Shown here one piece after another: positions 29,501-42,296 of a stretch of DNA of 64,000 nucleotides. The stretch comes from Lingula anatina (lineage: Eukaryota; Animalia; Brachiopoda), in the NCBI GenBank assembly GCA_051362555.1, contig CM120644.1, forward strand, positions 5,650,954-5,714,953, given 5' to 3'. The notes below the pieces were generated by a model. It made no database searches, was not told the origin of the DNA, and saw nothing but the letters and a program-made list of their open reading frames with translations. The position numbers and the translations under genes were made by a program. The stretch's first letter is position 1. Each line of letters begins with the position of its first letter.

Positions 29501-29556
29501 TAGTCGACTTTAAAAGATCCATAAGGGAAAATGTACCCCAACACGAGGTACGTTAG
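26550..29556 (+). CDS. Neuropeptide precursor (prepropeptide, about 286 aa) releasing multiple AKFNDF hexapeptides; coding exons 26550-26621 and 28768-29556
   Basis: Exon A: acceptor tttcag at 26546, MKLHLGALILAVLVMTCYTVDTDK (signal-peptide-like), donor AAG|GTAAGT, phase 0. Exon B: acceptor ctttcag at 28767, in frame with ORF 28864-29556: AETEVKAPLKKR-DITLESDIDIPDDEY-KR-AKFVDF-KR...(KR-AKFNDF)x6...KR-AKFFDF-KR...(KR-AKFNDF)x8...R-GKIVDF-KR...stop. Dibasic convertase sites and acidic spacers are typical of proneuropeptides. The repeats differ only at synonymous codon positions. Confidence 0.92.
28948..29427 (+). repeat. Two coding tandem arrays of a 24-bp unit (KR-AKFNDF), 6 and 8 copies
   Basis: Units such as AAA CGA GCC AAA TTC AAT GAT TTC. 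Variation is synonymous only. Confidence 0.9.
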
Positions 29557-30620
29557 TGTAATGTAGCGCTGGGTAAGAGCATCGTTAATTAAGGTGATGT
29601 TTTATGTTAGTATTGTTCACTAGAGTAAACAGTAAACTCACGAAATCATTCACAGCAGATTTTAATATCGGATTTCCCATTTCCAATAAGCCTCAAGTAG
29701 TACAAGTGCAGCAAGAGCCGTTTACTTTGGTCACTTGTAGATTAGTTTCATTCCCTAGTAATACCCTTTTTTCTTCTTCTCCATACAAAACCGTTCCAAA
29801 ATATATAAAGAATATAGTTGAAACGTTAATTAGCTAGATTTTCGACTGGTATTGATATAAAACGATTAGCACAGCCTACTTTTGAACGCTTCAACTGTTA
29901 CATGTAGAAAGAGTGCGTTTGTTGAGTTTTATGTGAATCTCCTATTGTTTCAATGCATTCACGACATCTGCTCACCTAACACATTTTTGCCTCTTTATCT
30001 GATGTTTTATGTTACATCTATCCTATGCTGGGCAGCGGTGTGACAGGAATAGTAGTCCTGGGAATGAAAGTCCGGAATCCCGTGACATAAGTACACGTTA
30101 TAGGGTTAGTCGGAGTATTGGTGATAGTATATTGGACGAATTGTGCAAAGTAATAGGGTACGGACTACGGTTGCTAGTGGACTGCCATTCCTGTCCGTTT
30201 TGTTATTGTTTAACTCACAGCATCTCGTGCCATCACGCTTGACGTCACGAGCGCTGGTTCGATCCGCGTGAGTGATAAGTCGGGAGTTATTATAATTTTT
30301 GAAGCAGTTACGTGTATTTAGAATGAACATAAAAAGACCCTGTAAAATTACAAAGGTGTAAATAAAGCAGTGATGGATATATGGAGGACAATTATGTTTT
30401 TTAACACCTGGCCATGCCTGCACAATGCCAAAGCCTGTAATGACTCGATTAAGAGCTAATAATGTGTAATGTTAGCGACTTAATATTTTCTCTATTGTAG
30501 GGTTATTTGAATTAAATATTTTGTCGTTTTTCAGACTGAGGCAACCGACACGAGTATGCACTCGTAACAGGGCCATATATAATTTTTTGTAAGTATAACA
30601 ACTAGAATAACACAATCACA

Positions 30621-30626
30621 AATAAA
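30621..30626 (+). terminator. Probable polyadenylation signal of the neuropeptide gene
   Basis: AATAAA about 1.06 kb after the stop codon, followed by a T-rich tract about 40 nt downstream. An alternative AATAAA lies at 30361. Confidence 0.45.
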
Positions 30627-33600
30627 CTGAAACCTTTCAGAAACATTGCCCTTAATTCAACCATCTTTTTTTTTTTTTTTTTTTTTTTGCAAAAATAACG
30701 AGAAATAAAGGATCGGGTCTTTGTGTTAAAATGTCGGTTATTTGACAACATTTGTGCTTGCAAAATAGTAACAGATCATGTAAGTATGCTACATTCACAA
30801 CACCGACGCATTCCTTCGACAAATGAATAGATTGTCAATAAGTATATAGTCTACGATACCCATTCCATTCATCATACTATTTTAGGCCTCATATTGGAGT
30901 TTCTGTTACTTTTTTGGATACAGTTGACATATCATATCTCACCTTTCTGATGCCTAATTGTCTTGTCATTCCAGGTTTCCAAAGCTTTGTCCAAAGCTCT
31001 ACTTTATGTTCAATGAATGAGTGGATAAAAGTAAAAGCACCACAAAAATGAGACAGGGAGATATTAGTTCATATATTAATATACCACTTTATCAGAGACA
31101 ATAGAAAACGCCTGTATGGTGTCATGTGGGTAGCGTGTTTTTGTATGTTATTCATCGCTCGGTTGACTTTGCCGTCTCTCTTTATGAAATCAAAGTATTA
31201 CATGGAAAAGTTAGGCACATCATTAGCACAAGCAGAGGACATATAGTACTAGTAAACAAAACTGTAGACGGCGACACTGTATCGAATACCCTGGACAGTA
31301 CAGATCAAGATCTTGCATTTTTCACTTGTGTCTATTATTACGTAATGTCGTGCTCAAGGGCGGAGGGCACGAGGTTACCTGATTGGGCAGCAGCAGTGAA
31401 ACCGGAAGCCGAACTTTATTGCGCGGCGATGGCAAAAAGCAAACAATTTCTCAAGGACACAATTCTTATATCTTGAATAAATCCGCTAGCGTGAAACCTC
31501 ACATTTGGCAGTTAAGTTGAAACAATTTCAGAGCGTGGACTTAACATTTCAAAAAGCTTTCTACTTTTTTTTTTTTTTTTTACGCAAAATTAAAATTATC
31601 AGAGTGAAAGAAGGCGCTCAATTCTGTGGAAAAGACAGCGACAGAAAGGAGATTCCCGCAAGTCTAGGAAGGCTTCAACCCACAAATGTCTATTTTAAAT
31701 GTTTACGATTGAAGTCAGATTGAAGTATTTGCTCTTTTTAAATTATTTATATATTTATTTATTTTATCTTAACTGTTGTAAATAGTGTATAACTATACAT
31801 GCTTTGTGTTAATAACTTATAAGCTTCCTTCTGCAAGTTAGAAATTATCCAATAGAATACCACCAAGGGAAAACGTTCTTTCTGCTTCTGCGCTTTTTCA
31901 GTATAACTTGTACTAACATGAAGCCGAATTTAACCGATAGATCAATGCTACTGTCGGGGGACATGTGACAAACAGAAGTTAGTTAATAAAGTCCCGTCAG
32001 GGTGTGTAGAACGCTAGCGACCGATATCGCCCTGTTATATTGAATTTACAAATTAAGTAACAAATTAAGTAACAGTGCTCCATATCCCAAAACCCTCGTG
32101 ATAAATGATTTCTAAAATATTTATTTCCTCTATTTTTGTATTCCTATTGTTGTCTTCTAATGGTAAGAAGGCTGAAGGCAAAAAGCTTAAATACTTGGAG
32201 AAATTGACTGTATTTTCATTCTATGAATATTCTATGAATAAAGATCATGTTCTTTTGACGTTGTGTTTGCCGTGGAAAAATATTACTTGATTAATCGCTA
32301 TATTTTAAATAAGGCAGTAAATGCGTAGTGGGGGAAACTATGGGGTTAAATATACCCAGCGATCTGAGCCATCGTGTATGCATTAAGTCATCTAAACTGA
32401 AAAATCTCAAGTTATACCAAATCTTCAGTAAAATATTGGATCCATCCTGGAATTACCAATACATGTTGCCAGCAATCATAATCGTTACCTAAACAGCCTT
32501 TGGGAATTTATAAGGATGCTCATCATTTCCTGTTGACGCATTTAAAACTTGTTTTTATACTTTAAAGGTCATGAATATTTCCCAAAATAAGGCATTTCTT
32601 GCCAAAAATAAAAGAACGAAGCAAGCAGTTTAAGTGCATCCCGCCGCTGATAGATGGATGTAGAAGCTTGTGTACCGAATTATTCTCGATAGACATTGAG
32701 GGTGTGAGTGGCATCTCAGGGTTTCAAAGAAATGCTGACTACTGTTTTAACTTTATTACCAACTTAATTTGAAACTTTGAGTTCTTGTGTACTTTTTGAA
32801 GAGATTCCCTTTTGACACTTTTGTCAGGAATCCATTTGGAATGTGAAAGGCATTTGTTTCGGTATTTTGTTTATTTTCTTTTTGAATTGTATTTGCATTC
32901 ACTGTTTTTTTATGGTTTGTTTATAACATATATAAAGTATTGAACAATAGAGTTTTAAGTGATCATTGCACGAAAATTAGGACTTAATTTCAGACATGTT
33001 TAAATACAGCTGATTTCAGGTACATAATAGGCTAAAATCAACAACTTAAAGTCAACATTGTAAAAGTGATGCAGATTCGATTTTGAATATAAAAGAATGA
33101 GGCAAAACACCAACAACGGTTCAATGCTGCATAAAATAATCCCCATGCAAATTTTGGTTTAATAATGAATTTGAGTTTTAAGATGTAAATTTCCATAGAG
33201 CAGTGCTACATGCAACACTGCACGAAATATATAATTTGCTTTACTTGCTTTACAAAAGGAAATGAAAAATAAAATATATAAGACAGACCGAGAAAGAGAG
33301 AGAATATTTTATTTGATATAATATTTTGAACTGAACTCACCATCGTTAAAAGAGAATTTGATGTTGATTTAAGATTCATTCATCTGCTGTGTAATGCTGG
33401 CAATTACAAACCATATAGGAGGAGATTACACTTGTACGACAAGCAATTACGTAACAACGATATGTTCATTTTATAACATAAATCTTCAGACGTGAAAATG
33501 ATTTATTACAACTAGCTAGGGTAGTCGTATGTTTTCACACTTTGTCTCATCTCGTCTTACTCGTTTTTTTTTTTTTTTAAATTTATTTTGTTGATCTTCA

Positions 33601-33665
33601 TGCAGTTAAAATCCCCGCTTCACCTGGCTTGCAATCGCTTAGAAAATAAATATTGCATACCCCCG

Positions 33666-33696
<31 letters not shown>

Positions 33697-34163
33697 ACTT
33701 GACAAAATACAGATTTGACATTTAAAATGGAATATTATTGTTTAAAGGGTAAATGTTGGTAAGAATGTATTTTTTGGGAAAAAAGTGGATCACCTACATG
33801 AAAAAATGTGAACAGATGTATATGTAGCCAACATCGAATCCAGACATCATTATTAATGAACATGAAAATATTAGTGCCTTTTTTGTGTACATTTGTGAAA
33901 GTCAGCTAAAGTTCGTTCCACATGCGTTTGCAATCCCGGGGTAAGAGGGACTTAACCTAGTATTTATCACTCTGGTTATTCATGGGGCATTAACCTACAG
34001 GGCTCTTGTATATATACATACATTTTACACTGTGCACGTGTGCTAACTTAGTCTCCACAAGTTCAATGTGCGTTGTACTTTAAGTAGTTAAAGTTGCTTT
34101 TATAATCCATCTTTTTTTACAATTCGCTTTCTTTTTCTCTCTGGTGTGACTGCTTTGTTTACT

Positions 34164-34285
<122 letters not shown>

Positions 34286-37200
34286 TAAAACACTGTATTA
34301 AGCTGCTCATAATGGACATAATGAACCGCAAGTCTGTTTCTACTCTAGTGCATGTAAGTACACACCGGGTAAACAAACAAGCTACACAAATAAGGAGTGT
34401 CCTCTTAAAACGAATTTGGCCTTAACCTTAGCAAAATGAAAAGTTTGCAGCAGATTTGATGCCACCACAAATGTGCCACCCTGAAAGAGCGATGTCTCGT
34501 TACCAGAGTGCTGGGGTTATACTAGCAGCAACTACCTTGCAACATTTTACGCCACTGTAGTGATATACCTCACCTACTTTATTGTGCCGTTAATTTAAGT
34601 CTGCTGATACGTTGCCAAAGTCTCCCCCACCGCAGTATCCTACTTTATAGTCTGGAGTCATTATATGGGACGTAACTATACTTCACTTTCTACTAGAGTG
34701 TTATACACAATGTATTAGAGTGTTCAACTTTCACGTATGTCAGATGTAGAACATAAAACCATATGAATCATTTAAGTTATAGAGACTTCAGTAGCCGATG
34801 ACGGTGCCCGTAAATATAATAACTAGATATTTACCTGACTGTGTACAAAAGAACGGAATATTTTACGAACTACATTCCATTATACACACTGAATGCATGC
34901 ATTTTGTTTGGCTTTCAAAGAGTTGTTACCACCAGCCTTTACTTTGATTGGAACACCAAACCATATTACGATTTTTCCTACCGAGATCAGATAATTTCTC
35001 ACATTCAATACCTCCCAGCCTACCGCTATTATTTCAATGTACGAATTTGCAATTATGATATAGTGTTGTTGTGCGTGTGTGCGTGTGTATGTGCGTGTGT
35101 GCGTATGTGTGCGTTTGTGTTTCAACACACTAAGCAATAGAAGCATAAACATGTGGCTGCTACATGTATATCCAGATTTTTTGTTTCCCTTTGCTTTGGA
35201 ATATGTTGGCCAAAATTAAGAGTTTACAATAAATTCTGTAAGTGTTCTACAAACATAACTCAGTGGGTTCATGTTAGCTTGAAAGAATCATCGGACTTTG
35301 TACTGTAGTTATTCTTTTTTTGAAACATTTATAGCTATAATTCATTTAGGCTTCAGGTCTTACTTAACTACAAAGTTTCGCGTCAAAAAAAAAAAAATTA
35401 AAATTAAAAAAAACTTTCGTTTAATTCATGATTTCATTTTCATCGATCTCAAATTGCTACCTCAAAATAAAATCAGATATCGATTCATTGCCTTCTTAAG
35501 GAATGTACTGAGAAGAGATTCTTATAGAGCAACTGATAACATCAGGGAAGTTGAAAGGGAGAGAAAGAAGAAGCAAAGTGAGACCAAAAGTTTAAAAGAC
35601 TGCGTTCAGCTAATTTGACATACATAGGTGACAGACATACTGGGAGGCACCAAAGATAGAGGTGGAAGGATATTGATCACCAACGCTTTGAAGCAGGGCA
35701 GATGGTGGTGTTGATGATTATGCAGTTTCACAGCAGACGCATACAAACACACAAAAAACTAGACCGGAAACCAGAAGAAGTAATTTTTTTTCAAATATTA
35801 ATGTACAATTCCGTGTAGGCCTACTGAGGCAAGCGATATACAGTATATATATACAATCTTAACCAGTATACATGTATTCTAAATAGGTTTTATTTGCACT
35901 TTCAAAGTGCAAAATGCCACAATATTCAATGTAGGAAGTGTATTACTAGCAGCTTTAATATATTATGATGAAAAGGTTTTTACTGTCACCACAATAGGCC
36001 TACTAAATAACTGTTATATTGTGATATTGTGAGGTCATAGCCTTTTTTTGTGTTAGAACCAATATCGATTATTCTTCTTCTTCTTCTTCTTCTTCTTATT
36101 ATTATTATCTACTTCTTTTTCCATGTAGTCAAAACACATTGACTCTCGATCATATTTGGTGTTGTAACGATTACATCTGCGCACCGTCTCGGGGGATATT
36201 TCCGTTTCCCAATGAATAGAGCTGTTAGTTCCCAGAAGGGTGATTAGGGCCTCCAGATAACACGATGTTTAATTCCTTAATGTCTTTATTACCCACGCTT
36301 CATCTGAGGGGGCGGAGGCCTGGTGGTGCCCCTAGACAGGCTGCAGAGAATGGATATCTATAGCCCAGGTTACACGTTGAGATTTAGGCGTTACTGATCG
36401 AAGACCGAATGACCCCTGCTATTGGATGCTGCTAGGATTAGTGGAGTTCCTGCATAGATGCATAGGCCGAAATGAGATTGTGATTTTTTACGTCAGTGGC
36501 AAGTAAAAAATTAAAGAAAACGATAACATGCTGAGATCATTTGCACAACGATGAGTGGGGAAAACGTATGAAAACTGCCCCAGTTTTTGCAACGCCCTCT
36601 GCCTGTTAACCCAGGTGAGAAATACACTTAATCCTCATATCAATTACACAAAATGTGCAATAGGGAAAAAATGATAGGCGTAAATCATGTGTAGATCCAG
36701 GACTTCATTACATGAGAGAAAATCGAGGAATGCTGTGTTTGAATTGCCAGTCCGTAACACAGGCGTAATAGCTTCCCACGCCCCTATTCTACGCTGTAAC
36801 AGTCATAATAAGCAGGAGGATAAATTTTTTATTTTTTGAACAAGCTCCACCTTTTCCATTTGTAAATAAAAATTGCTTCAATCGCACCTGTACCATCATC
36901 TTCCAGTCTGCCAGTTCTGTTGAGATTTGTCAAACCGCCCTTCGATTAATTTGGGTGCGTCTTGCATATATAACGTTAAGGAGACCGGGTGTCTTCCTTT
37001 ATCCGCCCTTATGAATTATTTCCAATAAAAAAATCAGAGCAGTGGGGTTCTTGATAATATATAGGTATGTTATTTTGCACCTACGCACACGTCACTGTAT
37101 CTAGGAGAATCATGAAGTTCAAAGGGATTATAAGCCGCCAGCTGTCTTCCTGATGATTTACTACGTCATAGAGCCAAGGGTACTGAGCATCGCCACGATC

Positions 37201-38565
37201 TGCTTCAACGTGTTAAAGTGCACTCAAACTGACATAAATCCATGCTGGTTCGGGTCTGGATGACGTCAAAGGTTTAGCAAAAGTGGAAAAACCAGTGTAA
37301 TAGTATTGGTAATAAGATGCAGTCCGAAGTCCGTTCCCTGTTATACTTTACACAGGTGCCATTCGTCTCATACACTAACCCCTATATTTACACTTGCCCT
37401 AACCTGTACTCATTATATGGGACTTCATATTACTACCATTCCTGTCACACCGGCACTGAGCATTGCATCCTTGCATACCCTATTCACCCCGCTTCCTCGC
37501 CCTATGACATATTTCAGTTGTATGAGGTCTACATTGAGGAGCCACTGTCCTGAATTTCAGTCAGCAAATGCTTCATAATAATGACGTAACCCTCTATTAT
37601 ACTGAAATAAACGCTCCTTTTATTTACAAACATTGGAATAATTCTTCTACCGCTTTTGATTTTAACCCCACATTCCGCATTCAATAGCCGACCAAATCTA
37701 TAGCTGCAAAAGTATATGTCTATAATGGATTTAATGGAAAACGAAAACGCGCGATGTGGTTTATACGTAATTAAGTCATCACAACGCGCAACAGTTAAAA
37801 TGACACACAGGGATATAAATTGGCAGAACGATATCAAGAACAAAAGTGGTTCACCTTGATTTATGGTGCGATTATTGCAACAAGTACCTATACATAAAAG
37901 CATTGAAATAAATGTAGTCCTAGTTATGACGTCAACAACACAGAACTAAAATGATAAATACCATTATTATACAGTTAGGCGGGCGATTTATGATATACGA
38001 CGTTATAACTGTCTGTTAATCCTTTTGTTGTTTTTGTTGTTGCTATTGTTGTTATTCTTGGCGACCAAGTCCATTGTGAAGATGTATCAGCACATGGTAT
38101 ACTTTCCTGACAACAGCACACCTCTTACCTAAACAGACAAAGAGGATGAGGGGTGGGGGGGCAGAAAACTGGGGCAGCACAAGCGCTTCCTACACGGCCT
38201 GTTAATAAAAAAAAGCCTCAATAACGCCTGAGCGCACTCGTTCCCCTCACACAGAAACATACATCACTATTTCTGTAATTGTTCCTGAGGTCAATATGCT
38301 CATATATCACAACACGGTGGCGAACTGACGGGGCGGACCCTTCAAAGCCCACCCTTATTTCTGGAAATATAAAAAGCCCATTCTGTAAGCAGTTTCTTAA
38401 TAATTGTTTTGGCTATCGTATTGAAATTCTGAGAATTCTCTTGATGCATATTATATAAATATCCATAAACCAATCGCTGCGTTTGATTGGATGTGCATTA
38501 TTCCCACTTATTCCCACTGGCTTTATTCTCCAGACGAAGATAGAAACACGCTATAAGCCGGTACC

Positions 38566-41476
38566 ATGACGAGTGTACGTATTCTTGGAGCAAGGTACTC
38601 TCTTCTTTTGTGGAGCATGTTTGCGGGTAGGTTTACACTTTTTTTATATTTATGATATCTATATAAAATTTTCTTCTGGAATTGCAATATTTTAACCCAT
38701 CTAACGTGTATACGGATTGACTATCAATTTTATGAGAATACGTTTTTACTGTATGGCGCAGTGAGTTCAATTCCCTCGTGTGCTTCCTCTCTGCCCTTAG
38801 TTGTATTATTGACATATTAAATAACGATCATTTTCATTTTTATGTAATCTAATAATTGATAAATATCTTATGATATGCTCACGTTCAATTTTGACAGATT
38901 ATTCTGTAATGACAAAAACCAAACTATGCTTCTGTCTTAAAGTACACGTTACCTATAAAACAGCCACCGTAATTTAGAAACAAGGAGATAAAGTATTAGT
39001 GTTTCGTACACATTTCACTGCATATAAGCTACATTTCACACCCGTATATATATGATTATTGTGTTTTATCTGCACCTAAACTAAAATATTGTGTTGTTAT
39101 CTACATCCATTAATGGTCTTGTAATTACACTACACTGTAATTAATGCCATAAAAACGCTGTACAATTAAATAATCAGTATGAAGTAATGCAGTCATTGTC
39201 GTCCATTTTGAAAATAAACATTTGGGTTTTTAGAACCGTGTTAATGACCTCGCGTAATACAACGCGTAATATCCTCCAAGGGCACGGAAACCTTGATCGC
39301 TTTAGCCAAAACACAAACCAGGAAAATGTTCCAATATCATCGATTCCATAGGACGTTTTTTTAGAGTTCTAGCAGAGCGTGGTAATTGAAACGACTGTTC
39401 ATCAATCAATGAATAGGGAAAGTAGAAATAAAACGCTGACTGTGTATGGAGTGTTTTCGGTTCCAACCACTGATTTTTTTTTTATCGGGCTCTGTTAAAT
39501 ATCTCATTTTGATTATGATTTTCTAAAATTTTCAAAATGACTTTCAATAAGAAAAAATAAACTCTTGTTAACTTTTAAACTTTGCAGGGAAAAGAGGTTG
39601 TGAACAAATCCTGTAGCGGATAAAAGGAAACAACCTTCCTTTTTCATTTTTTCCCCTTTTTTGCCTTATGAGTACCTTTTATTCCTGTTATTTGCCGGTC
39701 AGCTAGCACTGTAGTCTAACTACACAGGTCACGCTGTTTGGTAATTTTTAAAGTCAGATACAGACGTCTTTAGTCTGTTTTACCAAACAAAACGACGACA
39801 TTAGCTAATAAGACACACGTAAGAAGACGGGCGAAATATTCCAGCTACCTTTCCCTGCTCTTATATCCCAGGCTACGTTTTTACGAAAACTGCGATTTCT
39901 TTCCTCGCTGCTGTAATTGAAACGCCCAAAACGGTAACTGCTTAATTGAAAATTTATATGATGTAAAAAGTTCCAGATATCATCCTATTGAACTTAATGA
40001 ATGAGTGGTATTGGACACTTTCCAAAACTGTCGAGTGGGTATTGACGACGTTATTGAGAGAGACAGTAGTGTTCAACAGCTCAAGGTGAAAGTGGAGAAA
40101 ACAGAGCAGAACGAAGCCTGATAAAGACGAACGTTCGCCGCTCTCTTCTCTCTAGGGAACAAACTAGTCTGAGACTTGAGATGAGAAAATATGCAATCTC
40201 AAAGAAAAAAAGACGAAGAGTCATCAACTTCTATGGTTGTAAATAACTAAATGACTGGATACAATATCAGAGAATCATTCATAAAATGAAATAACGCACC
40301 GCGTGCCTGGATCGAAAAGACATTACAGTTGCCTCTCATGAATTGATGTGCATTACCACTTTACTTGCAATTTGCCCACACGTTTCACTTAAGCCCCCTA
40401 TACACCGGACTTGCAACCGCTTGAAGAACAAGTTTTGGCCTATTCTCACAAATATGCAACAAACAAAAAAGGCTGTATTATTTTAATTTCATGAACACTG
40501 ATGTATGAATTTGATGCTAAATATCAAATAATGTCAAATCTCCAACTTTGAAGGGCTGTGAGTGGGTAAACATTCGTTCTCGCAAGCGGTTTCAAGTTTG
40601 TTGTAAACGGGTGCTTGACGTTCAGACAAGGTGCTGATTTTTTATGGCAATGCTATCATATTAATCACTGCGAGGTCCATTTAACAGAATAAACGGAGGC
40701 AATGACCTTACTGTCAAACTACCCCCCCCCCCCCCCAAAAAAAAAAAGGTGGTTTATTCAATCACAGGGAGTCGTTATCATTGTCCAGTTCGTGCTAAAT
40801 CTGGTTTGTTTTTTTGTTTTGTTTGGGATGATTATGGTGAAATGCATGCCATCCAAAAGCATACCAAACAAATGTTCTGCGGAATGAAAATAAACACACC
40901 CGCCAATTGCCATCATTTTGGACGTTAACGAAGCCCCTGAATTAGGTTGGCCCACCTTGAGGTCAGTGACACAAAGTTGATGTTTTGAATATAAAGGAAA
41001 CTTGCACTGCCTGCGTGAGAATTTTTCAAAGGTGTAAATGACTTTTGTGCCAACAGTAATCACTTTTCACATTAAGGCACATGGTTGGGCGAGATTTGGG
41101 TTTTACTTATTGACCTCTTCACACCCTAAATATACTTCAACCATAAGATGCAGAATGTTTCGGGAGGAAACGACGGAAACAAACACCGTTTATTGTAGTC
41201 TTTGGAATACACGGGCGGATCCGAGTAAAATAGCACCTGTGACGCTGATATTGTGTACTGGCTGAAAATCTGACTCATTTTTTCTTAAAGAAAACTACCA
41301 TTAAATGGCATACCTTGGAGTAATGCCAACTCATTGTAAAGTGCCCTAGACAAGCCATTGCCAATATGCCCTCACTATAGGGATCAAAGCGAAGCTCCAA
41401 AGACGAGCATTCTGCCACTCTTTTTCCATACAATTTCAAATCCACAAATTGACTGTAATCGTTTTTCATTTTTTTG

Positions 41477-41531
<55 letters not shown>

Positions 41532-42263
41532 TTAAATGGTTCAATAAACGAAACAGAAAACCCAAGTACCAGTACTCCTGTCTTAGCATACAATTACCAT
41601 GGCAAATATTCTGTATTTTAGGGCTCCTCTTCAATACGTGTCGTGGGTGCCCACCAGAATTCCAAGTTAAAGTGTTTTCGTGTCTCTTCCCGCTAAACCA
41701 ACTGTATGCTCAGCAAATGCCGAGTTTAATGGCACGGAGCAAAGACAACAGGGCACGGGAACTGCAGTTGTGTAGGTGAGTACCAGTGTTTTCTGATCTC
41801 CTTAAGGAAGGCCCGACGCACACTGCGCGCTGCAAGCTCAGCTACAGGTCTTCAGAGATTTGGGACGTAAGCTTGTGTGGTCTAAATATTAGCGTTTATG
41901 TTTTCCGAGGCGAACAAGGTCATGGAAACTTGAGCAGAAAACCAAGATGCCTGTCTGGCAAGATCGATAGACAATCTACAATCTGTCCAAATTGCGGATT
42001 GAAAATTTTATTTCTGAAGAGAGAGAGAGAGAGAAAGAAAGAGAGAGAGGCAGAGATAGTAAATCTAGGATTCTAATTTCAGAGAATACTCTCAGACACA
42101 GAGCTGTCTCAGAGATGCCCTAGTCGGCTGCAATGTGAACTTTGCCCACAACTACTTACTCTCTATACGCCTCCACTTTGAAACCAATTCAAGTATGGGA
42201 CTCTTTCTAAGGCAGTGCAGAACGGTAAGACAAATTCTATTGCAGAGTTCTCAGCATAGTTTT

Positions 42264-42296
<33 letters not shown>

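Noticed and set aside
36532-36553. TGAGATCATTTGCACAACGAT resembling bantam miRNA
   Set aside because: Only the seed region matches and I see no complementary arm to form a precursor hairpin.
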